Shown here piece by piece: positions 49,810 to 60,227 of a stretch of DNA of 64,000 bases. Position 1 is the first letter of the stretch, and each line of letters opens with the position of its first letter. Source of the DNA: Candidatus Bathyarchaeia archaeon (GTDB lineage: Archaea > Thermoproteota > Bathyarchaeia > Bathyarchaeales > Bathycorpusculaceae). The position numbers were made by a program, and so were the translations under genes. The stretch lies in contig JBEKXL010000012.1 of NCBI GenBank assembly GCA_049512075.1, forward strand, positions 1 through 64,000, read 5' to 3'. Below the pieces are notes generated by a model. That model ran no database searches. It had not been told where the DNA came from and saw only the letters and a program-made list of their open reading frames with translations.

Positions 49810-50913
49810 CTAGTCTTTGTGGATGCTTGCGTTTTGTATCAAAGTTTTCCACTTATTTTCTCCTTCCACTTTTATTCCGCAAGCCTCACTAGGAGTCTTA
49901 CCTTCGAGTCCTTCGTGAGCCCTGATATAGTTGTGAAAAAGCTGATACCCTGCAAGAATCGGTGTTTCTTTCGTCTTTAAGCCTCTCATGGTTTTCTCTC
50001 GGTCTCGGATTTCTCCGTTCATGCGTTCCATTTTGTTATTGTTCCTGTCACCTTGAAGCCTAATGTGCCGCGTGTGTTGAGCTTGAGGAAAAACGTCCAT
50101 GCATCCAGCAGAGTAGGTCATGAGTCCGTCAGTTATGAGATTCTTGGGTTGTTTTCCCATCAGGTATTTAGCTTTGGAGAATAATGCTCGTACATCGTGT
50201 CTGTCTTTTGTTTCTGCTACTTCTTGAGCAATCCAGAACCGTGTTTCATCATCCATTAGGGCAAAGAGGTATTTTGTGTCTCCCTTTATTTTCACCCATA
50301 ATTCGTCTGCTCTCCATGTGTTGCTTACGTTTGGAACAATGTTTTCAACGTAGTCTTGCATCAGCTTGACGTACTTCTTAATCCACATAAAAACGGTTTT
50401 ATGACAGACTTCTACGCCTAATAGTTTTAGCGATTTCTGAGTGTTCCTCAACGACTCTCCTGAGAAGTACAACTGCATAGCGGAAGTGATTGCTTGAGGG
50501 TTATGCTTCATTCGTTCAAAACCGATATTGATAGTAAAGTAATGATGACAGTCTCGGCAATAGAACTTCTGGATAGCTCCAGCCTTGTTCTTTCGTATTC
50601 CATCTTTCTTTAAATTGACAGAACCGCAATATTGACAGTTCTGAACATTCACTTCTTGGATAACTCGGTTAATTTGAACTTCTTTTCTTATTTGGCTTGA
50701 AAATTCAACCGCAAAAATATGCTTACATTTCACATGGCGATACTTGTTGTCTGGACACTCGCAAACCCATTCACCGCAAACCTTGGTAACGCAATATTCA
50801 CCATTTCCAGACTGAGATTTCACGGTGTAAGCTAATTCGTCAACTCTCTGTATTTGGTTGGAGAGTTTTGCGATTGCTTCTCCGCGTTCTTCTCTTGTTG
50901 TTATGGTTGCCAT
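49810..50913 (-). CDS. IS6-family (IS240-like DDE) transposase with SWIM and Zn-ribbon N-terminus
   Basis: CECPD...CKH; CQYC...CRDC; WRADE, ITDGL and NNKMERMN. Confidence 0.88.
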   Translation of the reverse strand: MATITTREERGEAIAKLSNQIQRVDELAYTVKSQSGNGEYCVTKVCGEWVCECPDNKYRHVKCKHIFAVEFSSQIRKEVQINRVIQEVNVQNCQYCGSVNLKKDGIRKNKAGAIQKFYCRDCHHYFTINIGFERMKHNPQAITSAMQLYFSGESLRNTQKSLKLLGVEVCHKTVFMWIKKYVKLMQDYVENIVPNVSNTWRADELWVKIKGDTKYLFALMDDETRFWIAQEVAETKDRHDVRALFSKAKYLMGKQPKNLITDGLMTYSAGCMDVFPQAQHTRHIRLQGDRNNNKMERMNGEIRDREKTMRGLKTKETPILAGYQLFHNYIRAHEGLEGKTPSEACGIKVEGENKWKTLIQNASIHKD

Positions 50914-50928
50914 GTTACTACACCACTA

Positions 50929-50974
50929 CTTTGTAGTATATGCAATAACTACTATAAAAGCGTTACTACAAAAG
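50929..50974. promoter_or_regulatory. Divergent promoter region with an inverted repeat (candidate RHH operator)
   Basis: TTTGTAGTA...TACTACAAA between the transposase and the RHH gene. Confidence 0.4.
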
Positions 50975-51018
50975 TTATATATACTATAAACACAACATTA
51001 GCTATAGGTGCAAGATGT

Positions 51019-51180
51019 ATGCCAATAGAAGAAAAGAAGCAATTGGTAACTTCCTTAAGGATCAACCCAGAAATCTGGAAACAAGCCAAAGTGGAAGCAA
51101 TACAACATGACATAACCTTGACTCAATTAGTGGAAGAGGCGATAAACTGTTGGATAAAGGAAAAGACGAAGAAAAAGTGA
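51019..51180 (+). CDS. Ribbon-helix-helix (CopG-like) protein
   Basis: VTSLRINPEIWKQAKVEAI...LTQLVEEAI. Confidence 0.75.
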   Translation: MPIEEKKQLVTSLRINPEIWKQAKVEAIQHDITLTQLVEEAINCWIKEKTKKK

Positions 51181-51647
51181 AAGACGACAAGGAAGAAGTG
51201 ATAAAGCGTCTCTTTGGTAAAGACAACCCGACAATTGATGAAGTACGCGCATTCTCAAGAAACTTGTGCCAAAACACGATACAAACATTTGATGATGCGC
51301 TTAAATCTAGATGGATTAGGAAGGACAAGAGGGCAAATCTGACAATGTTTAGAGCTATCTTACAAATGCAGGCAACTGACAGCGACATCATTTACCAGAT
51401 ACTAGATCAAATAGATGAGTTAAGAAAGACCGTTATTTATCTTGGGAAAAAGGCAGAATCAACTCAAGGAAAAACACAAGAACTCACAGAAGCACTATCT
51501 AAACTGAAGCATTCTACCGAAACAACACTTGCGGCCTCTTATGCGGTTGTCCAACGCTTAGACCAATTAATGAAAAGTGACGATGCCAATAACCAACAGA
51601 ACAAACCTCAAAAAAGTAAAGATACCAGTGGAGATTACCGTGTCTGA
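51150..51647 (+). CDS. Hypothetical helical protein (transposon passenger)
   Basis: ORF overlaps the RHH gene; AT-rich. Confidence 0.6.
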   Translation: MDKGKDEEKVKDDKEEVIKRLFGKDNPTIDEVRAFSRNLCQNTIQTFDDALKSRWIRKDKRANLTMFRAILQMQATDSDIIYQILDQIDELRKTVIYLGKKAESTQGKTQELTEALSKLKHSTETTLAASYAVVQRLDQLMKSDDANNQQNKPQKSKDTSGDYRV

Positions 51648-51933
51648 CCTAACACCAACAATTCAAGCTCTCCAAGAACTTCAAAAAATGCATCAGCTTA
51701 ATTTAGAGTTAATGGAGCAACTAAGCGTTTTTGCAGAATGGGTAATAAACAATCATGTGAGTATCCCGAACAAAGACAAACTCGAATCTCTGCTTCATAA
51801 GACACAAGCATTGATGAATGAACTCTATTCCACTCATTCAACAAAAATTTTACAGTATCAAAAGCTAGCAGACGAAAAGAAACACCTATTCAGAACAGAC
51901 GAAGAGGAACCAGTACCAGTTGCAAGACCCTAA
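51577..51933 (+). CDS. Hypothetical coiled-coil protein (transposon passenger)
   Basis: ORF overlaps the previous gene; probable GTG start near 51640. Confidence 0.55.
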   Translation: MTMPITNRTNLKKVKIPVEITVSDLTPTIQALQELQKMHQLNLELMEQLSVFAEWVINNHVSIPNKDKLESLLHKTQALMNELYSTHSTKILQYQKLADEKKHLFRTDEEEPVPVARP

Positions 51934-51998
51934 CCATAATTAGGTAGTTACTCTTAAATGAGCGGACAGCCCGCTTCAAGTAGGCAGGCATTGTTTGC

Positions 51999-52850
51999 AT
52001 GGCAATAATTGAAGCGAAAAATCTAACGTATACCTATCCGGGCGGGACGAAGCAATCAATCAGTGACGTTTCCTTGCGGATGGAGAAGGGTGAATTCGTC
52101 CTAGTCACAGGCCCAAGCGGATGCGGAAAAACAACTCTCTGCCGATGTTTCAACGGGTTGATTCCCCATTTTTATCAGGGTGAAATGAAGGGTGAACTAA
52201 CTGTCGCGGGGCTGAAGGTCAGCGAACACCCAACATACGAGCTGGCGCAACATGTGGGCCTAGTTTTTCAAAATCCAGAGAATCAGCTTTTCGCTTTATC
52301 TGTTGAAAAAGACGTTGCGTTCGGGCTTGAAAACTTGGGAGTTTCAAGAGAAGAGATGCGTAAAAGTGTTGACTGGGCACTCCAGCTTACTAGTATCGAC
52401 GATCTGAGGGAAAGAGCGCCTCATGAACTCTCGGGTGGACAACAGCAACGCGTGGCCATAGCCTCAGTCCTGGCGATGAAGCCGCAAGTGATTGTTCTGG
52501 ATGAACCGACTTCTTTCCTTGACCCACTGACGGCAAGAAGAATATTCGAAGTGATTCACGATTTGAACCGAAACCTCGGAATCACTGTCGTACTCGTCGA
52601 GCACAGGCTCGATTTGACAGCCAAGTACGCGGATCACATAATCGTGATGGATCAAGGAAAGGTTCTCTTGGACGGCGATCCTCACGAGATTTTGAGATCT
52701 GAAGAAGCCCGCCTCGTCGGCGTCGGAATTCCAAAGGCAACGAGGCTTTACCAGATGCTCCTGAAGGACGGAGCAAAACTCCGCAACATTGTTCCCCTGT
52801 CTTCCGACGAAATGGCAGACTTGCTTAAGGAGGCTTTAGAAGGCCGATGA
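51999..52850 (+). CDS. ecfA1: ECF transporter ATPase
   Basis: GPSGCGKT, FQNPENQ, LSGGQQQR and LDEP. Confidence 0.9.
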   Translation: MAIIEAKNLTYTYPGGTKQSISDVSLRMEKGEFVLVTGPSGCGKTTLCRCFNGLIPHFYQGEMKGELTVAGLKVSEHPTYELAQHVGLVFQNPENQLFALSVEKDVAFGLENLGVSREEMRKSVDWALQLTSIDDLRERAPHELSGGQQQRVAIASVLAMKPQVIVLDEPTSFLDPLTARRIFEVIHDLNRNLGITVVLVEHRLDLTAKYADHIIVMDQGKVLLDGDPHEILRSEEARLVGVGIPKATRLYQMLLKDGAKLRNIVPLSSDEMADLLKEALEGR

Positions 52851-53671
52851 TAGAGGTCAAAGACGTCTATTTCAAGTATCCAAACGACGTGGAAGCGCTG
52901 AAGGGAATACGCTTGACCGTCAAAGAAGGCGAGTTCGTAGCCATAATGGGGCAGAATGGAGCTGGAAAGACAACACTGGTAAAACATTTCAACGGCCTGC
53001 TCAAGCCAACCGCAGGACAAGTGTTCGTAGACGGAGTCAACACGACAAAGGCCAGTGTGGCAACCCTTTCCAGAAACGTTGGGTTCGTCTTTCAAAACCC
53101 CGACAATCAACTGTTCAGCGAAACAGTAGAGGAAGAAATAGCGTTTGCCCTGAAAAACTTCAATTTCAGTGAGGAAATAATAGAAAAAAGAATAACCTGG
53201 GCCCTGAACCTCTTGGGGTTAACTCAGTACAGAAAGACATCTCCATTCTTGCTCAGCGGAGGAGAAAGAAAGCGTGTGGCCTTGGCTTCAGTGCTGGCGT
53301 GGGATCCGGCGATGCTGATACTGGACGAACCGACCATAGGACAAGATTATGAACAAAAAGAAAAACTCCGACAGTTCATCGTGCAGATGAATACTCAGAA
53401 AAAAACCGTCATCATCGTAACGCACGACGTCGAGTTCGTGGCTGAATGCAACCCAAGAGTTATGTTGATGCGTGAAGGAAAAATCATCGCCGACGGCGAG
53501 GCAAGAACGATCCTCACAGACCAGGACACTCTGGCGCAGGCATCGATTGTGCCCCCACAGATAGCCCAGATATTCCTGCAGCTCCACGACCTGAAAGTTC
53601 GCGAGGACATCATCGACATCTACGAGGCGCAGAAAATCCTGCTAGAGATGCTGGAGAAACGCGACAAATGA
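52847..53671 (+). CDS. ecfA2: ECF transporter ATPase
   Basis: GQNGAGKT, FQNPDNQ and LSGGERKR. Confidence 0.9.
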   Translation: MIEVKDVYFKYPNDVEALKGIRLTVKEGEFVAIMGQNGAGKTTLVKHFNGLLKPTAGQVFVDGVNTTKASVATLSRNVGFVFQNPDNQLFSETVEEEIAFALKNFNFSEEIIEKRITWALNLLGLTQYRKTSPFLLSGGERKRVALASVLAWDPAMLILDEPTIGQDYEQKEKLRQFIVQMNTQKKTVIIVTHDVEFVAECNPRVMLMREGKIIADGEARTILTDQDTLAQASIVPPQIAQIFLQLHDLKVREDIIDIYEAQKILLEMLEKRDK

Positions 53672-54462
53672 GTGTTTTCCAAGGACTCAAGTTTCGCAAA
53701 GTCTACTCGCCCATACACAACCTAGATCCGAGGATAAAGTTCGTTTATGTGTGTGTGATATTTGGGGTTGCAATCATCTTCGGGGAACTTCTGCCCTTGA
53801 TAGCGCTTTTCCTCTTCCAAATTCCGTTTGTCCTTTTGGCCGGCGTCAAACGTGAATGGCTTCGTTCAATGCGCGGGGCAGCATTTCTCGCTACTATAAT
53901 CTTCCTGACGAATTTGGTCTTCAACTTTTTCGGCAACGGCTACACCCTCACACCTAGAGTGCTGGAAACGGCTGCAGCTTTGACCCTGCGCTTCGTCGTA
54001 CTCGTGGAATCGTTCTCCATTTTCTTTCTCACAACTTCGCCAGATCACTTGGGTCTCGCCATGGAACAGACACGAGTGCCATACGAGTTCGTTTTTGCCT
54101 TCACGACAGCAGTTCGTTTTGTCCCAGTCTTGGCAGAGGAAGCTGAAACAATCATGGACGCCCAAAAGGCAAGGGGATTGGAACTTGAAAAAGGAAACTT
54201 CCTGAAAAGGATCAGAAACTACATTCCAATTCTTATCCCATTGATTGTGAGCGCGATTCGCAGAAGCCTAGAACTAGCTGAAGCCATGGAGTCACGTGCT
54301 TGGGGAGCCACAAAAAAACGCACCAACCTGTACGTGCTGAGGATGCACAGAGGCGATGCCGTCATGATGGCCGTCACACTCGGAGTGCTGGCCTCAGCGA
54401 TTTACGTTCGATTATTCGTTCCCATTCCCTCATTAAGCAGCTTCTTAGCACGTTTTTTCTGA
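53668..54462 (+). CDS. ecfT: ECF transporter T component
   Basis: LDPR, AQKARG and AMESRA. Confidence 0.92.
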   Translation: MSVFQGLKFRKVYSPIHNLDPRIKFVYVCVIFGVAIIFGELLPLIALFLFQIPFVLLAGVKREWLRSMRGAAFLATIIFLTNLVFNFFGNGYTLTPRVLETAAALTLRFVVLVESFSIFFLTTSPDHLGLAMEQTRVPYEFVFAFTTAVRFVPVLAEEAETIMDAQKARGLELEKGNFLKRIRNYIPILIPLIVSAIRRSLELAEAMESRAWGATKKRTNLYVLRMHRGDAVMMAVTLGVLASAIYVRLFVPIPSLSSFLARFF

Positions 54463-54478
54463 ACCACAAGCTTTTAAA

Positions 54479-55120
54479 TTGGACGCTCACGTAAAGCGTC
54501 CGTCGTGGAAATCTAAGCGGTTGAAATGGCTGAACGCCGCGGCAGACGAAATTGTTGAGTGCATAAAGAGTTCCATCAAAGCACTCGACATGGAACAAGT
54601 CGAACGACTCATCAAACTCACGCTTGAAGCGAAAGAAAAGAAGATATTCACTGTCGGAATGGGAAGTAGCGGGTACGTCGCCAGAGCCTTTGCTTTGCGC
54701 CTGATGAATCTAGGCTTCAACGTTTACTTCTTGGGCGAAACCATAACCCCCGCAGCAGGAAAAGGAGACCTACTTATAGCCATCTCGGGCACGGGAATCA
54801 CAAAGATGGTGCTGACCGCGAGCACGGCCGCTAAGGAAATCGGCTCCAATGTCGTGGCAATCACCTCTTTCCCAGAATCTGCTCTGGGACGGCTCGCAGA
54901 CTTCGTAGTCACGGTTAAGGGAAGGACAAAAGCGGGTATGCCTGTAGAAAAAGACTACTTGGCTAGGCAAATTATCGGCGAACGCGAACCACTTACTCCG
55001 CTTGGGAGCATCTTCGAGAACAGCTGCATGGTTTTTCTGGACAGTTTAGTTGTCGAACTAATGCATCGAATGGGACGAACTGAAGCAGACTTGAAGCGCA
55101 GACATGCAACAATAGAATAG
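54479..55120 (+). CDS. hxlB: 6-phospho-3-hexuloisomerase (SIS domain)
   Basis: FALRLMNLG, GETITPA, ISGTG, PLGSIFE and RHATIE. Confidence 0.88.
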   Translation: MDAHVKRPSWKSKRLKWLNAAADEIVECIKSSIKALDMEQVERLIKLTLEAKEKKIFTVGMGSSGYVARAFALRLMNLGFNVYFLGETITPAAGKGDLLIAISGTGITKMVLTASTAAKEIGSNVVAITSFPESALGRLADFVVTVKGRTKAGMPVEKDYLARQIIGEREPLTPLGSIFENSCMVFLDSLVVELMHRMGRTEADLKRRHATIE

Positions 55121-55313
55121 GACAACGAGGATGGCAAAATCGCCTGAGAGAAGCAGCATTGACCCTTAAAGGATGTTGGAGGTTGGTTTTTTCTAGGTTT
55201 CGCTTGCGTTAAGTGTGCTAATGATTGGTTATGCATATGGCTTATTAAGACTCGCTACACAATATATATCAAAAGTCACCATCCGGTCTAAACCCGACAG
55301 GGTAGTTCTAAAG

Positions 55314-56873
55314 ATGAAAGAATCAGCATCAAAAGTCTCTACTGAAGAAAAAACAACGGTAGAAATCACGCTAAAAGAGGAGACTAAGAGACCTACTGCT
55401 TTCAGAGAAGCCTACCCTATACAGGAACCTTACGTCTATGCGGCCATAATCAAAGACCCAGATACCCAGAAAATCCGCTACGAGGTCATAGAACCGACTC
55501 TTCAGAAAGAGGAAGAGGAGCAATTAAGAGAAGTGAAGGCTTTCCTGATTGAGGAAGTTGACGTAAACTTCAGGGAAATTGAGACTAAGGAGAAAGCAGA
55601 AAACTATCTGAGAGAACAGACGAAGAAAACAATTAGAAAACACCGAATAAAGGTTCCGCCGGAAGCCATTGACAAACTCACGTACTACGTAATAAGAGAC
55701 TTCATAGGCTACGGAAGAATAGATCCGCTGATGAAAGATCACCTCATCGAAGACATATCCGCCGATGGAGTGAACATTCCAATCTACGTCTGGCACAGAA
55801 TGTACGAGTCTTTGCCCACGAACGTGATATTCAAAGAAGAGGCGGAACTTGACTCCTTTACAATACGCATGGCGTATCTGTCTGGGAAAAACATTTCAAT
55901 AGCATCTCCGATTCTGGATGCATCACTTCCGGATGGAAGTCGTGTTCAGCTCACTTATGGAAATGAAATCACGCGCAGAGGTTCAACCTTCACGATTCGA
56001 CGTTTTAGGGTTGACCCGTTGACTATCTCCGATTTGATTGCATTCAAAACCATTTCTTCAGAATTGGCCGCGTACTTGTGGTATGTCGTGGAGAACCGGG
56101 CGTCAGTGTTAGTAGCCGGGGGTGTAGCCTCTGGAAAAACGACGATGCTGAACTGTTTGTCGATGTTCATAAAGCCCGAGATGAAAGTAGTCAGTGTAGA
56201 AGACACTCAAGAGCTTAACCTGCCGCATGAAAACTGGATACCTTCGGTCGTGCGGCTGGGCTTCGGTCATGAAGACAAGAAGGGGGGAGCAATAACGCTC
56301 TTCGATCTGTTGAAAGCCGCAGTGAGACAGAGGCCTGACTACATCATCGTTGGTGAGGTCCGCGGTGAAGAAGCCTATACGCTGTTCCAGGCCATGGCAA
56401 CAGGCCACTTGGGAATGTGCACGATGCACGCAGAATCGGTTGAGGCTGCTATAAATCGATTGGAATCCGCGCCGATGAATATTCCGAAGCCGCTTATAGC
56501 GATGACAAACGTGATAATGGTCATGGCACGAACGGAAATTGACGGCAAACCCGCGAGGAGGGTAAACAACGCAACAGAGGTTCTGGGACTTGATCCAAGG
56601 TCAAGAGACATAGCAACTGACGAGGTTTTCCACTGGAACCCAAAATTCGACAGATTCTCCTGCTCAAACCATAGCCTCCTCTTGGAGAAACAGATGAAGA
56701 AATTGGAAATCGATGAGGAGGCAGTAAAACGCGAGCTAAATCGAAGACAGACGGTTTTGGACTGGATGACTGGGAAAGGCATCCGTCGATACACAGAAGT
56801 TGCAACCGTGATTCGCGAATACTACGCCAATCCAGATAGGATTTTCCAAAAAGCTAGGGTCGGACTGAAGTGA
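55314..56873 (+). CDS. Type IV pilus/archaellum-family secretion ATPase
   Basis: GGVASGKTT, EDTQEL, RQRPDYIIVGEVRG and TGH. Confidence 0.93.
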   Translation: MKESASKVSTEEKTTVEITLKEETKRPTAFREAYPIQEPYVYAAIIKDPDTQKIRYEVIEPTLQKEEEEQLREVKAFLIEEVDVNFREIETKEKAENYLREQTKKTIRKHRIKVPPEAIDKLTYYVIRDFIGYGRIDPLMKDHLIEDISADGVNIPIYVWHRMYESLPTNVIFKEEAELDSFTIRMAYLSGKNISIASPILDASLPDGSRVQLTYGNEITRRGSTFTIRRFRVDPLTISDLIAFKTISSELAAYLWYVVENRASVLVAGGVASGKTTMLNCLSMFIKPEMKVVSVEDTQELNLPHENWIPSVVRLGFGHEDKKGGAITLFDLLKAAVRQRPDYIIVGEVRGEEAYTLFQAMATGHLGMCTMHAESVEAAINRLESAPMNIPKPLIAMTNVIMVMARTEIDGKPARRVNNATEVLGLDPRSRDIATDEVFHWNPKFDRFSCSNHSLLLEKQMKKLEIDEEAVKRELNRRQTVLDWMTGKGIRRYTEVATVIREYYANPDRIFQKARVGLK

Positions 56874-57877
56874 AAAACGGCAAACCTCTCGAAAAAATCA
56901 GAGCATTCTATACCCGTCTAGGAACAAGACTCAAACTCTCTTTCAGGAAGTCAACCAAGGCCAAACTCGAAGTGTCCCAGAAGAAGCTCAGGTTGTCGTT
57001 GGAAAGTCCACAATCCATAGCTTACAACCTCATCGGAAACAGAACGGCATGGGTTCTACCTCTGTTCAAAGATTTGGACGTGAAATTGCACAAGTCAGGG
57101 CTTAAAGTCAACTTCAAGGCGTATGTCAGTCTGACAATTTTCGCTACGGCATTGGTTTGCGCTGCTACCTTGGCGCTGATACCCTGCCTGTTATTTCTAG
57201 TTTTCAATTTGCCACTCTTACCAGCGGTCTTGTTTGGTGTTGGTGGAAGCCTCTTCGCTATTGCGTTTTCGACTCTAGCATTCTACGTTTATCCGATTTA
57301 TCGCGCAGACACACTCAAAAGAGAGTTGGAAGACGAGTTGCCGTTCACGACAGGTTACATGGCGATCCTGGCGAGTGCCGGCGTTTCTCCAGAAAAGATG
57401 TTCTACTCTCTGTCAAATCTTAATGTTCCGCTAGCTGTGACCGCTGAGGCAAAGGATATTATAAGGGACGTAAACCTTTTCGGTTCGGACATAATTTCCG
57501 CTCTTGAAGAAACGTCGAAGCGGACTCCTTCTCAGAGATTCCGTGAAACGATAGAAGGGCTCATCACAACAATCCATTCGGGAGGCAACTTGGCGGCTTA
57601 TCTTCGAGAAAAATCCAAGGAATACATGAGGCTGAAGAGAATAAGCCTGAAGAAGTATTCAGACAATCTGTCGATGTTGTCAGAGGTTTACGTGACCCTG
57701 CTGTTGACGGGTCCACTATTCTTGGTGATAATGCTTGTCGTCATGGCGATGCTTGGCGGAGGGGGTTTTGGTATACTAAGCCCGGATCTCATGTTAGAAT
57801 TGCTCACATACGTAGGAATCCCCTTGGGCGCCATAGCCTTCCTGGTAATATTGGACACGGTGTCGCCTAAATGGTGA
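56870..57877 (+). CDS. TadC/GspF-family pilus platform protein
   Basis: ELPF...LASAG...D-I-ISAL...SGG and TM helices. Confidence 0.88.
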   Translation: MKNGKPLEKIRAFYTRLGTRLKLSFRKSTKAKLEVSQKKLRLSLESPQSIAYNLIGNRTAWVLPLFKDLDVKLHKSGLKVNFKAYVSLTIFATALVCAATLALIPCLLFLVFNLPLLPAVLFGVGGSLFAIAFSTLAFYVYPIYRADTLKRELEDELPFTTGYMAILASAGVSPEKMFYSLSNLNVPLAVTAEAKDIIRDVNLFGSDIISALEETSKRTPSQRFRETIEGLITTIHSGGNLAAYLREKSKEYMRLKRISLKKYSDNLSMLSEVYVTLLLTGPLFLVIMLVVMAMLGGGGFGILSPDLMLELLTYVGIPLGAIAFLVILDTVSPKW

Positions 57878-57881
57878 TGGA

Positions 57882-58697
57882 ATGCCAAGAATCGATGAAA
57901 GGCTGAAGAAGACCACGTGGATCGTCTCAATCATGCTAGCAGGGGCCATAATGTCTTATGGGCTTCTCAGGTTTTGGTCGACAGACACGTTCGACGACTT
58001 CGTGTTCTTCGCGGTAGTAGTGTCTGTTTTTCCGTTGTCAATGTTGAACTATTTAGATTATAAGTGGAGGAAAGCCATTGATGAACACTTGCCTGATCTC
58101 TTCAGAAGCATTGTGCAGGCTCAAGAGACGGGAATGACTCTGCCTCAAGCCATAGAACAGGCGTCCAAGAGAAACTACGGGCCTCTCACCGAAGAACTGA
58201 AGAAGATGACGGCGCAGATTTCTTGGGGAATGAGCTTTGAAGAGAGTCTCTTGAGTTTGGGGAAGCGAGTGAACACCGTGTTGATGCAAAGGACCGTGCC
58301 CATGATTATCGAGGCAAGCCGGTCAGGAGGACGAGTTGAAAAGGTGTTTGATCCAATGGGGAAGTTCATACAGACGACACTCCTTCTTGACAAGGAACGC
58401 CGAACTCAATCGAGACCGTACATTGCAATAATCTATGTGGCCTTCTTCGTTTTTCTTTTCACCATAGTGCTACTTTTCCGATCGTTTTTTGCAAACATGC
58501 AGGGTCTGTCGATGTTTGCAACTGCGGGGATGCCGCCGAGTACACTTGAGCGAATATTTTCTCACATGACTTCAATTCAGGCTTTCTTTGGGGGTCTCGT
58601 GGCGGGAAAAATGGGAGATGGTACGATAGGAGCCGGATTGAAGCACAGCCTGATCCTAATGGTGTGCGGTTATGTAGCCCTGAAACTCTTCCTTTGA
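57882..58697 (+). CDS. TadC/GspF-family pilus platform protein
   Basis: LPDLFR, GMTL, YGPL, SWG and GLKH. Confidence 0.88.
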   Translation: MPRIDERLKKTTWIVSIMLAGAIMSYGLLRFWSTDTFDDFVFFAVVVSVFPLSMLNYLDYKWRKAIDEHLPDLFRSIVQAQETGMTLPQAIEQASKRNYGPLTEELKKMTAQISWGMSFEESLLSLGKRVNTVLMQRTVPMIIEASRSGGRVEKVFDPMGKFIQTTLLLDKERRTQSRPYIAIIYVAFFVFLFTIVLLFRSFFANMQGLSMFATAGMPPSTLERIFSHMTSIQAFFGGLVAGKMGDGTIGAGLKHSLILMVCGYVALKLFL

Positions 58698-58706
58698 GGT
58701 GACAAA

Positions 58707-59126
58707 ATGGTCAGAAAGTTCAAGAAATTCGTCCGTGATAAGAGGGCCATAACTCCAGTTCTCAGCAACCTGCTGCTGACTGTCGTGGCCGTCGCGGCCA
58801 TGGCACTTGCCACTACAACCACCTACGTCATAACGACCAACCTTCGAGAAACAATGGGCGAGCGTGTCATCATAGAAGACTTGTGGTTCAACAATTCGAC
58901 GGGAAACATTGATGTCTACCTTCGAAATGTCGGCCAAGCTGTCATCCAAATCTCTAATGTATACGTGAACCACACTTCCCAGTATTTTCCAACACCTTTC
59001 AGACTCGAAATAGGACAGCACAAGTGGCTCAACATTTCAGATACCTGGGTTTCAGGCAGCATATACTACGTAGATATTGTCACGACGAGAGGAACGCATG
59101 TTGGAGAATACTTCACAGCGCCATAA
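58707..59126 (+). CDS. Archaeal type IV pilin
   Basis: Class III signal peptide KRA/ITPVLSNLLL; RNVG; TTRG. Confidence 0.85.
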   Translation: MVRKFKKFVRDKRAITPVLSNLLLTVVAVAAMALATTTTYVITTNLRETMGERVIIEDLWFNNSTGNIDVYLRNVGQAVIQISNVYVNHTSQYFPTPFRLEIGQHKWLNISDTWVSGSIYYVDIVTTRGTHVGEYFTAP

Positions 59127-59240
59127 GTGCCCACATGTGTCATGTTTGCAAGGTAGCAGACGCTTCAACGACATTGAAATTGTTGCGGAATAAGAAATGC
59201 AAAAGTGCCTGCCGTCCGACTGGCATGACCGCCTCGTCTC

Positions 59241-60227
59241 TCACTTTGTTTTTGTGATTTTTTCCTTCAAACTATCTATTGCTTCTTTTTGGTTCTTACC
59301 TTCAATTGCCTGAATATTGTACAATTCTGCCATTTTCTTTGCGTTGTCATTTAGCTTGGGAATTGCAATGAGATAGGCCGCGTTGGGCGATACATCAAAT
59401 ATCTTTGCGAACAGTGCGATTACGGGCTGCTCTGACACGACGTTGTCGGTTGACGTGGCCAGATCAATCACTGTTACGCTTTTTGTGTTTTCTTTTCTTG
59501 AGGCAACTATGTCGAACATGTGATTCGCCCCTGACTTCCCCTTCAAGTACGCAGGGCTCTTAACTTCAAACCCGTTTTCTGCAAAGAACTCGCTTATGGG
59601 TGGAATCAAAACCCAGCCTTCAGCGGCTTCTCTTCTGGCTTCTTCTTTGAGAGCATATCTGTAAACGTCTTTGATTGCTGCGTCCTCAAATGTGAATTCT
59701 TTGTGGCAGTCTCTGCAGAATAGTTTGACCACAGGGATGTCGAAGCTCTTGCTGCAGTCCTTGCAGGTGCACCATGTTCCGGCCCGTCTGTAATCAACGT
59801 CGGGTTTTCTCAGTTCATCGTGGCATTTCTGGCAGATGAGCTTGTCACCTTTGTGGAAGTTTTCTTCCACGTCCATGTACCCGCATTTGACGTGTTCGAT
59901 CAAGGAACTCTTTTTTATGTTGAATGATTTGCAGTATGGGCAGCAATAGTGTATAGAAATGCCTGCGGAATTGCATTTAGGGCAAAAGATGACTTCGTCA
60001 TGAAGCTCTCTTGTCAGTATTCCCGCTTCGTAGAGTTTGTCCAAGAATGCTTCAGCCTTTGAGGGGTCTCCCACGATGGTTTCAACGGTTTCGTATCGAT
60101 ATCCGCGTTTGGGGGCGTAGACGGGCTCAATTTCGTTGAGTTCACCGCTTAAGAATTTGCTCAAAAACACTTGCGTGTTTCGATCTTTGTAGAGTTCTAG
60201 CCGTTCTGCTTTGCCCGTCGTTTCATT
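59241..60227 (-). CDS. TackOD1-like multi-Zn-finger protein with restriction-endonuclease-like C-terminus
   Basis: CPKC, CPYC, EHVKCG, CQKC, CKDC and CRDC; GKSGANHMFDI; start codon uncertain. Confidence 0.75.
   Translation of the reverse strand, partial: NETTGKAERLELYKDRNTQVFLSKFLSGELNEIEPVYAPKRGYRYETVETIVGDPSKAEAFLDKLYEAGILTRELHDEVIFCPKCNSAGISIHYCCPYCKSFNIKKSSLIEHVKCGYMDVEENFHKGDKLICQKCHDELRKPDVDYRRAGTWCTCKDCSKSFDIPVVKLFCRDCHKEFTFEDAAIKDVYRYALKEEARREAAEGWVLIPPISEFFAENGFEVKSPAYLKGKSGANHMFDIVASRKENTKSVTVIDLATSTDNVVSEQPVIALFAKIFDVSPNAAYLIAIPKLNDNAKKMAELYNIQAIEGKNQKEAIDSLKEKITKTK

Noticed and set aside
51999-54462. ECF module without an S component as a novelty
   Set aside because: Normal for group II ECF transporters
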